Source: Puccinia triticina (Eukaryota). Taken from it: 64,000 nucleotides of DNA. The notes below the pieces were generated by a model. The model did no database searches and had not been told where the DNA came from. It saw only the letters and a program-made list of their open reading frames with translations. This document shows positions 54,171-64,000 of this stretch, piece by piece; within the stretch, counting starts at the first letter, position 1; the number at the start of each line of letters is the position of its first letter. Location of the stretch: positions 4,278,001-4,342,000 of the forward strand of contig CP110440.1 of the NCBI GenBank assembly GCA_026914245.1, in the 5' to 3' direction. The translations under genes were made by a program, and so were the position numbers.

Positions 54171-56029
54171 TTTGTCTTGCTAACTGCTTTTTATAGCAAG
54201 AAGTGGGAAACAGTTTGATTAAAGTGTACCAATGAGCATTAATGGGATGTGGGATAATAATTCCAGGGGTTGTATGAGCTCAAATGTCAGAACTGTAAAT
54301 GATTTGGTTACTTTTAGTACATGCTCCCTGGACTTGACCCCAGACTATATGTGGAAGCTGCATCCTAATAACTCCGGGCAAACCATTTAGAGCAGGCATA
54401 CTTTTGACCTGAATCATCATGTGAATGCAAACCCTTGGCAGAACAAGTCTCGGCGTCTCCTTTAAAACCGGTCTCAACAAACACTCGCGGTGGCTGTGCA
54501 AACCTCGACTGACCTCGACTGGGATGTTTTGGCGGTACACAGGATTTATTGTTCACATCGACATCCGGCAAACGGTTCGGCTGGTTGGGCCATACTCATA
54601 GGATGGATTGGGCATGAGACAACCTGTCGCGAGAATTGAAAGGCAGGGGATCATTTGGTGGACCGCGGTGCTGATCCGAGTCGCTCAACATTGTAGGCTT
54701 GGACCCTTGTGTCAGAATACAGTGCCAGCTGCGCAACCCGCCAAACGGCGCAGGGGGCAAACAGACTATGTTGCACAGCAACGTAAGTTCCAAGTTTCAC
54801 CCTCTCAGACAATAGCTCAAACCAAGCCACATAGACAGTCGCTAACTCCGACTTGTACCATCTCCAAACACAGCAGGTGAAACGAGCAACCAGACTCCGA
54901 GGGCGCAAGCCGCGACGGAAAGATCTAACAACTCCAAGGCAGCCGCGATTCCAGAACCTTCGGTCTCGTGAGTACTTAAAGAGCAGTCTTGAGATCATGA
55001 ATGAGGCACAAGACTAATCATTGCTCATACATCACAGCTCACTGTCTCAAAGAATATCCAGCCGCGTAAACAGCTCAGACAACCTATCAGCTCGTATCAG
55101 CCCCAAGACAAACGAGTAAGCTATCCACTTACGAAGTGCTCAGGCAACAGCTCGCTAATTTGAGCACCGCTCATCCGCAGTTCCCACAGGAACAATTCCA
55201 CAGTCTAATAGACTCGACAGTATAGACACGAGTGCGCTGAACTCAAGAGGTAAACAACCTTCACTAGTCGCATTAAGACGATCATAAATCAGCATGCTAA
55301 CGCAGCGTGTCAATTTGTTATCCAAGAGAAAGACACAGCCTTATTCCTCTCTTCAGTTCCTAGCCAATCCCACTTCCTTCCAATTCTCACTCCTAGGCTT
55401 CGTGCCCCAATTTCCACTCTACACATAAAGCTCAGAGACACGGCAAATTCGCCTGCTCTTAGGTAATTGGCATTTCAACTTATACGGAATCAAATTCATT
55501 GCAATTGTACATAGTTTTCCACTCAGAATCTGACAAGAAATAAAATTCTTAGTTGTCCATAACTTTATACCTTGGCTAAGGGTGGTCAACCCATTGAAGT
55601 AAAAAAGGAGATGCTCCACAGTCCATGATACATTATTGCGTTGCACCAACAGTCAAAAAATTGCTACCTCGATGAATCATAGCTATCTGTTGCATCACTC
55701 CAACGAAATGAAACGAACATATTTAAATGTCAAATGACATCAGCCTTAGGCCAAAGAGGCAAGCAACTCCAGGTAACATATAACCGTGCGCCACAGTCTC
55801 CAGGACCGAGATATTGGATATCAAAAATGATCTCCGGCTGGATCAAACCTGTCTGAGATCAGCATTTCAAGCGGCATAGATAACCTGCGTCGGTGAGGCT
55901 TTCACCGCACGTATTTATGTAAGAACTAGGGAACTTGCGGCTGCGCTGCTGAAATTGAACTCATCTCATAGCACCAATATTGAACTGTGCCACAGCCCTA
56001 TTGAACACCAAGTTTATCTTTGCTGAGAA

Positions 56030-57878
56030 TGACATGCAGAGCGCAGAACAACCCTGCGCTTTAGTGCGCTGAACTTAGGATTGGAGATCAGCAAAAATTG
56101 CCGCTTTTTGGCACTCATCGCAGTTTTTTCCGCTACTTCAGCGCTCAGCGTGTTTAGCAACCAAAAATCACTATTTCAGCGAGTTTTGCCGCTTTTTAAC
56201 GCTCAGCGGAGCAGTCTGACGCTACTCCAGCGGTCAGCGTAGCAAAATCCTGCCATGGGCCGTTGAAAAAGCGTGCTAAAAATGTATACCTTCTTTCTCT
56301 CAGAACAATCGGTAAAAAGCGTAGCGGCCCGCTGTGGTGATCATTTTTGTGGCGCCCGTGGCGCAAAGGATTTTTTCAAGTTCAGTACATCAAGACTTCA
56401 AGACCTAAGCCTCAAGATTAATCAGTGCGCTCACGCGCGGCGGAATCCTCAAGATGTTTCAGGATCAAGGACCCTTGGTTCTTGCTTTGTTTGTTTTGTT
56501 TCTTTTTCTGTTTTCCCGTCTTATGTTCCTTTGTTTCTAAATGCGCGCGTTGGAGAGGTTTTTTATGTGGAGGGTTGGTTTTGTTTCTGTTTTGTCTCAG
56601 GTTGTTTTGTTGGTCTTGTTTCTTTTCTTTTCCCTTCTCTCTCCTTTTGTTGTTGTTGCGCGCGCAGAGGCACGCAGGTGTATGATGACTTGTCCACAAC
56701 ATGTCACAGTCCCCGGAGTCTGAGTTCAGCTTGAACTCAGATGATGGGGCGGCATGGGACTTCGTCTGAACCAAATTTTTCAGATCATTTTCATCAGCTT
56801 CTTGTGAATCCAACTCAGAGTCTATTAGCCAGAATCCAAAGTGTGTGTCTTCAGAGTTAAACTCTCAGCGCCCTCGAGTCCTTCCCGATCCCTTCCATTA
56901 GATGACATCCTCCGGCATTTTCTGCCGGTCTTCCTTCCATATCAGATCCTTCACAACAAAACTACTGCCGACGGGAATCTAACTCCCGTCGTCTCTCAAC
57001 AACCCCCCCCCCCCAAACGCTATCTTTTCAAATCTTCTCGGCTCCTTTTCCTGGATCACCGCGAAGGCAGCGCTCAGCGCAACATTCCTTCCAGTAACTG
57101 CCGAAGGCCCAGCACCAGTCGGAGTTCCACACCGCCTGCTGATAAAGCGCCAGCAAAGCAGGCCTAAACCCACTGCGTATAGCACAGCGCTTATGGTGTT
57201 GTGGATAGCTGGAGAAGGCCCAATGTATATAAATATATGTAACACATGTATATGCATTTGTGTTGTATGTGTTGGTGATAGAGAGCACAACATTCATTTA
57301 TTCTGCTTCTTGTTTCTGAATGATAATTGGGAAGCAGAGAGGATGAAAACTGTCTTGTTCTGTACACACACACTAAAATCAGCATTTTTTCTTTTGTATA
57401 GGGTTTTGGGGCGGAGAGTTTTCAAGGATCTTGTCGAGACATCGTTGGACAGGCAGTGCACACCCGTTAAACACCAACAGACGCCGCAAATAGTGCAGCA
57501 GCAGCTTCAGCTTCTCCCACTTAGGTCAGTTTCTTTCTCACAGACAGCGTGTGTTAGAGCAGCTTGGTGGATTTTTTGGCACTGAGAGAAGGGTTGCTTG
57601 AGGGCACGCCATGGTTGACGAGGTTGTTGAGCAAGTTGTACAAGAAGGCGGAGCGGAAGGAGTATTGGGACGCGCATTCTTGGTCTTGGTTGGTGGTGGG
57701 AGCAGGGGGGGAGGGGCAGGAGAGCGCAGAGGGACAGGTTGGGTCTTCGAGGATGAGGATCGAGTCCGCCTGGATCAGTGCGCGGATGTTCAAGACATAG
57801 AAGTGGTTGACATACACACACACTTCAGTGATGGGCAAGAGCAAGGGTGAAACGCTGCGCTCAGTGCATAGCACTTCG
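56030..57878. mobile_element. Composite non-autonomous element with gcgctcagcg subterminal motifs and a captured gene fragment
   Basis: agcgct/cgctcagcg motif clusters at both ends, and an internal copy of the 13490-13810 repeat. No TSD resolved. Confidence 0.45.
57612..57815 (-). pseudogene. Fragment resembling mitochondrial Mg2+ transporter Mrs2/Lpe10 (CorA family)
   Basis: VLNIRALIQADSILILED...SFRSAFLYNLLNNL resembles the Mrs2 segment LHIRALIKAD.V.LFD...S.FLY.LE.NL. The rest of the gene is absent. Confidence 0.5.
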
Positions 57879-58282
57879 AATCAAATCAATTCGAGTATTT
57901 GTATTTGTATTTGATTCAATTTGAATAATGCCAGGGCATATTTTTGCTTGAATATTTGAACAAAATCAAATATTTCCTCAAATTGCCACCCGGGGCCATT
58001 TGGGCCCCGGAGGAGCTCCAATGAGCCGTCTATGGGCCCCAGGGTATAATACACAACCCAGAACCGGGGCTGCAGATATCTTATATCCTGGGCATCATCA
58101 AGTACCACCACCACAGCACTTCACAGAGCACCGCGACCGGGACCACAACCTGTGACCAACATTGGTTCCTGCCCACTAGGAGCTTTGGAAGGTAAGTATA
58201 GAATTAGTTCTGATATCTGCCAATCAATGAGAGTGACTGAAAAAACTATCCTGCTTTGTTTACAAATCACACCAGCAGAATC

Positions 58283-58880
58283 ATGGCGAATGACAAAGAT
58301 CCTACGCCAAATATCGCTCTGCAATCCATTCCATCATCATCACAGGAATTCCAGCTCAAGAGACGTAAATTGATTGGTGTAAACCAATCAGAGACAGCGA
58401 TCTCATTTTTCGGTCCTCCTGATTCAAGTGGAAAACGTACCTGCTTGATTGAGTATTGTGGCGATGTGCTCATGTCAAACAAAACAACGAAGGCAAATTT
58501 TGTGAACCACATGGCTTGTAAGCACCCCGGTGAATGTAAAATTGCCCTTGAAGCTTCTGAAAATGCCAAAGACGGCATTGAATCTCCCCTCAGTTCTAGT
58601 AGCCCGGCCGCTTCTTGTGAGATTACATGCCAAGGCAAACGGCATCGACCTCATAAATTGAGGAAGATGCTGGGAGCTCAAACAGCTGCGGAGAAAGGTG
58701 AGCAAAGCAAACCATTTCCCCGCAGTCAAAGCCACACAGCAGGAGAAGTGCAGATACTGATGACAGCTCAATGCTGATTACAGTTTTGGCATCCGCAGGC
58801 AGTAAGAACCAACACGTGGAACCACGCTGCCAAACGCCGTTAGAAAAAAGAATCACAGCAAAAACCAAAGGTAAGTAGCG
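58283..58880 (+). pseudogene. BED zinc-finger protein (probably a hAT transposase N-terminus), truncated by an LTR
   Basis: ISFF..KRTCLIEYCGDVLMSNKTTKANFVNHMACKHP; upstream gtaagt..cag intron. The ORF decays and is followed by LTR-like DNA. Confidence 0.6.
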
Positions 58881-58959
58881 TTGTGGTACGCAAAAATGTG
58901 ATAAATCAAAAGTTTTTCTTGTGTACATACAGAAGGCCTCAAGATAACATCCATTTGAC

Positions 58960-59661
58960 ACCATAAATGGACTCCACAGCTAAATTAACCCCTATTCCCC
59001 ACTGGAAGCATCACTGGAGCCCCACTACACTGGAAGTTAGACCCTCTGGACAACCTGTAGCACCCAGTCAACCACCTGTCAGGCGCCTCAAGTCACATTC
59101 CCCGCACCATTCTATCCCCACTACATATATTGGTTTGGTTTTGTTTGTTATTTACATGACATCATGCAGCACTGCCCCTGCAGGCTGTGCCCCTTCAACT
59201 GAATGGTTCCCCACATTCTAGTTCCTTCTAACTCCACTTTGTTTGGTCTTATTACATCACCTGATCATTCCCTGCACAGCTTATGCACCCCTTGCATAAA
59301 TTATGACATCATCTGGCACAGCCCCTCCTCATGTATGCACCCCTTGCATAAATTGTACACAGCCACTCCCTCTTAACTCCCTCATGTTGTACAGTCCAGG
59401 CCAGCTAAAATACCTCACTCAGGGGCTGCCCTGGAGCCAAAACCCCTCACATTTGTCTATATAAGGAGCTCTCTTCCCCCCCATTTGCAGTTCCTCATTT
59501 TATTACTCATCAAGTTTTATACTCACCCATCACCCAAAACACCTACGCACCCACTCAACCCTCTTACTTACATATAACAACCCTTACATACTGAATAACA
59601 ACCTTTTTATACTGGGTCACGAGAAACTTATCTTGAGCTAACCACTCCTATCACTTATTAA

Positions 59662-59692
<31 letters not shown>

Positions 59693-59782
59693 AGCTAGTA
59701 GTATAGAAGGGCAGAGCTTGCACCTCCTTCATCCCCTTCTTGATTCAGCAAAAGGGTTTCATAACCACTTTTGAGTCTTACA
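58960..59782 (+). mobile_element. Solo-LTR-like sequence
   Basis: ctatataaggag TATA-like motif; ends gagtcttaca; similar to 46680-47982 and (inverted) to 44030-44170. Confidence 0.55.
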
Positions 59783-60231
59783 GCGTAATTCTGAACTAAC
59801 GGTCAAAGGAGAAAGAACTAAAGAGCTATCTCCGAATCTGTTAGACATCGTTGAACAGGATGAAAAACAGACCAATAAAGCCGCAGTAGCTACTCAAAGA
59901 GAAGATACTAAAAGCGGTGAGTGATTGTGTCCAAAGCTTAGAAAAGAGAATACAGAAGCTGAAGTTGATCATTGACGTTCTCTGAAACAGACAACGTCGA
60001 GAGACTTTTGTGCCGATTCTCCGAAGCAAAGAAAACTGGACCATAAGAGCCAAAGGCCCTCGTTCAGTAAGAAACAAATATTTCTCTCAGCAGTTCTGCA
60101 AAAGCCTAAACTGACTAATAACTCGTCAACAGCTGCAGTGAACTGGAGGAATAATTCTCAACTTAAACTCAAAGCAGACTCGGTGTCAGCCTACGTGATG
60201 CCAAGGATATTATCCTTCTAGCTACACGTGG

Positions 60232-61777
60232 TGCAAAGCTAAAGATTAGAGTTATAAAACTCTAAGACAAGGTTATAAGGGATAATTCCAATGTAATTGT
60301 TGGGAATTATGGTGTAAGAATAGGGCAATTTGGGCCAATTTAGACGTAATAAAATTGATATAATTAATCTTAAGAGGGGCTTGAGAAATCAGGGGTGTTT
60401 AATCCCTCTAGAATGAAGAACTGGGGCCTGTAAACAGGGGTGTTTTAAATCCCGGAAAGAAATGGCGGAGAATCTCAAGAGAAGGGGCTTAAACTTACTA
60501 GTATAAGACCCTAGAGTGACTTGAGGTTCTTCAGGCGTGAAGTTGGGCAGTTGGAGGCGCTCAGAGGAGGTAAACTTGAGGGCAGGGTGGTTACTGGACA
60601 GCTTCAGGGCGGAAATTGGGGCTAAAAATCACGAAAGTAGGTATTTTACCTGGCAAATCACAGGCTAATGAGGCTGTTGAAGGCGGGTAAAATACTAATG
60701 GGTAATGTCAAGCTGGGGAATCTCCTTTTGGGCGGAGAAAGGGCCCTTTTTATAGCCTAGGCAGGCCTCCAGGGGCGCCCAGGGGACATGGGGACACTTG
60801 TGGGCGCATTCTGAGGCAATTTGGTTGCGCTAGAAGGCGCTGTGGGTTGTGGAACCTTGGGGCTTGGATACAAGGGTTGCCAAGGACCATTTACAGAGGT
60901 TCTGCGTGATTTTACACATGCCTTACACGTCATGGGGGCTGGTTTGGGGGTTCTGTGACGCTCATTTCCGTGGAAATGTGCCACAGAAGGTACTAGAACT
61001 GGCTTCTGTGCACTTGTACACGTGCAAGCAGTGCTTCATACATGTTTTGGAGTCGCTTATTAAGTGCTCCAGCTCAGTTGACCCCTTCTACATATTTACT
61101 ACAGTTGTAATTTACATGTAGTGAGGCTTGGGAGAAGCTGGGGTGCTTTCTAGTCTCTCCTGAGCACGCTACAAGAGTTCTTTTCAGTCTAGAATGTTTT
61201 TATATTGAATGACGTGGTAATTACATCTTGTTTGGTGTTTGATTACATGTGTACAAGACATATAACACATGTAATATTGCTATTGGGGCGTATTCTGGCC
61301 CATTCTCACTTACTAGTAGCCTAGGCGCATTGGTTATGGGCCAGTTTATGCAATATGCATATATGTACACCTTGCGCGCGGGCTTGGGTGCGCCACGCAA
61401 CCAATAAAGCCATCTTTTAAACTATACACAACACCTCAGTTACATCACTAAAACTGGGTGTAAACATATGTACTTATATATACATATGCGTACAAGATCA
61501 TTCACGCGGGGCGTGATGCACTTGCTTAAACTTTGAAGTTAGTTTACACAAGGAAGGGATAATAATTAAGGGTACTTGTAAGAGAGGTACCCTAGGTTAT
61601 TTTACCCGTAGAATCAGAATCTTCTATAATATTTTACTTATTGATTACACAAAGCTAAGTAATCAATTATTTACATATGTATTTTAATGTTTTTGCCTAG
61701 TTTTACATATGTAAGAGTAATAATGTCTCTTTCATATGTAAAACTACTTTTTATATTTTCATTTGTATCTTGTCACA
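60232..61777 (-). mobile_element. Solo-LTR-like insertion into the Copia 5' LTR region
   Basis: TG..CA ends flanked by GTGG on both sides; minus-strand ggctataaaaagg TATA-like motif. Confidence 0.55.
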
Positions 61778-62029
61778 GTGGCTCTGCCATAGTAGCCAGC
61801 TGACACTCGGTAGAGCAACCAAGCTCCTTGTCTTAAAAGATAGAGCGGCTAGTTGCTTGCTCTTAGGTACTATACCAGCTTCTCTATTTTTAATCTATAA
61901 ATTGTATATAGATTATAAATAGAGTCTAACTAAGAAATAAACTCTTAGCTCTTTGAAATCTTTCAGATTTACAGTCTTGGTGCTACGAACGCAACATCAA
62001 ATTGCAAAGACTAGGAGCAAGACAACGAA

Positions 62030-64000
62030 ATGGCCGATTCAGATGGTGACTCGAGCGACAGCACAAGCGGCAAGCCTATGATGAAGGTTCCCAAGTTCCC
62101 AGGCAAGAACTTTGAGATTTGGGAAAAGAAAATTTGCATGGTGCTATCTGAATACAATCTGGTGAACTACATCGACAACCCACCTCTACCCAACATGAAT
62201 CGGAAAGCCAAGACTAAAGCGCAAAAGGCGGCGAATTTACTATGCGCGAATCTGACCGACGGCGTATTCAACACCGTCGTTAAAAAGGACAACTCAAGCA
62301 ATCCGTACGAGCTCTGGCAGATGTTCAAGTCAGTCTATGCGTCAGATTCAATATTGGCGAGCTATGAGGTCTGGGCGAAGTGGGAGGACACCCAGTTTAA
62401 CGATGACATGGCGGCTTACATAGTCGGTATCGAGGAGTGTCTTTCCAAGTTTGATTCGCTAGGGATGGTGGTTCCAGACTTTGTGATCTGCTGTAGTATC
62501 ATAAGTTGTATTACAAAAAAGAGACCTTTCTTAATGCAAAGTCTTTTCGGAGATCTCGATTCTCTCGGTAAACGAAAGTTCGTGATCAATCGCTTGAGGG
62601 AAGTAGGACGATTCGAACGTGCCAACAAACGGAAGGCTCCAGATACTAGTTCATCACACACCTCATCCACTGCGTTGGTAGCCGATGTCGCAAACAAGAA
62701 GAAGCGGACGTATGCGCCGATAACGTGTCCGGGCAAGAAGCACAATCCTGAGGCAAGCCACACGGAAGATGAGTGTTGGACTCTTCATCCAAATCTTTTC
62801 AAAGACCATCTCAAAAAGAAGAAAGCCGCAGCCGCAAAGAAAGCAAAGGAGAAGAGCTCCTCCTATCATGCCGAGGCCGATTTGTCGAGTGCTCAATTGG
62901 ACAGTAACAACATTCGGCCGTCGTTCACCTTCCTGTCAAATTCGGGCTTATTGAAGTCGCAAACGACAATCCTTGACTCGGGGGCCAGCAATCACATGCT
63001 GACTTCAATGGGATACTTCAAAACTACTAGTCCCGTATGCATCGATATCGCGACGGGGAGTGGACCTGGGCAACTAGTGGCAACTGCCAGAGGTGACGCG
63101 TTGCTACCGCTAGCAAATGGAGGGACTCTCACGCTCAAAGACGCGCTTTTTGTTCCAAACCTCACCAGGAACTTGGTTAGCATGCTCATTTTGATGAAAG
63201 CACGTTTCCCGAATGTGGCGCACTCAGGAGGGGCTACAAGTTGACAACTTATCCAATGGGGATCGGCTACCGCTGTTCAACTCGGAGGCTGAGCTGCCTT
63301 TTGAAGATTTGGAGGAAGAGGCGGAGTCAACCTTGGAAGAGCGTGATGATGATGGCGAGGCGGAGAGATCGGACATTGAGGACATACTAGCGAAGCTAAA
63401 ACGGGCCATTCCAGCGGAAGAACCTGTCGAAGGGTCCGAGGACTGGGAGGAGGACGAAAGTCAGCTTCCGGGCAAGGAAATCATCGGCAACATCGATAGA
63501 CGAAACATTGTAGACAGGAAGAGAGAACGGAAGCAGGCGTACATCGTGACTGTCTTGATAGAGCCCAAGAATCACAAGCAGGCCATGGCGTGTGCGGAAA
63601 GTCAAAGCTGGGTGGAAGCGGAAAAGAAAGAGGTCGAGAACATGCACAAGCATAACGTCTGGATTGTTCGTGTTTGAGTCAAATCTGACAACCCGATCCC
63701 GGCGACATGGGCCTACAGAAAAAAGCTAGGCTCAAGCAACGAAGTGGTCGAATTCAAGGCCCGGATATGTGCGCAGGGGTTTCGGCAGGTCCACGGCTTG
63801 AATTTTGAGGCCAAGTATGCGCCGACTGGTAAACCAGCTTCCCTCAGGTTTCTTCTTTCCTTTGCGGTAAAGCATGGGTTGCAAATCCATCAGCTAGACG
63901 TAAGGAGCGCTTTCCTTACCTGTCCACTTGAAGACAAGGTGAATCTCCTGCCGCCACCGGGATTGGACTGTCCTGCGAACTCGGTACTTGAACTGAAGAA
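62030..64000 (+). mobile_element. Copia gag-protease-(integrase deleted)-RT, defective, runs off the window
   Basis: Gag, then ILDSGASNHM and LFVPNLTRNLVS joined directly to FDESTFP. Then EPKNHKQA, a stop at 63675-63677, FKARICAQGF and QLDVRSAFL. Confidence 0.9.

Noticed and set aside
54545..55425. Possible solo LTR upstream of the OTU-like gene
   Set aside because: LTR-like composition, but no matching TSD or partner LTR was found.

Overview
Eukaryotic, intron-containing, transposon-rich fungal DNA, most consistent with a rust fungus (Pucciniales, Puccinia-like); this is inferred from the gene set, intron signals, TE types and TpCpG hypermutation. Host genes are mitochondrial ribosomal bL21, a signal-peptide RING-H2 protein, GFA1, snurportin-1, pyridoxal kinase, an intronless lineage-specific ORF and a large predicted secreted protein with two catalytically altered OTU-like domains. 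There is also a stand-alone Copia-gag-like gene with two 5'-UTR introns. The rest is nested TEs: a young near-intact Copia (TG..TA LTRs) just after the snurportin stop, an 8.5-kb non-autonomous LTR element, an internally deleted Copia, a dead Tc1/IS630 transposase, and many non-autonomous DNA elements with readable target-site duplications (hAT 8 bp, CACTA 3 bp, PIF TAA, Tc1 TA, and a group with 7-bp TSDs). The most interesting candidates are the tandem pseudo-OTU secreted protein, the secreted RING-H2 protein and the possibly domesticated gag. All protein-family calls come from motif recognition by eye, not database searches.
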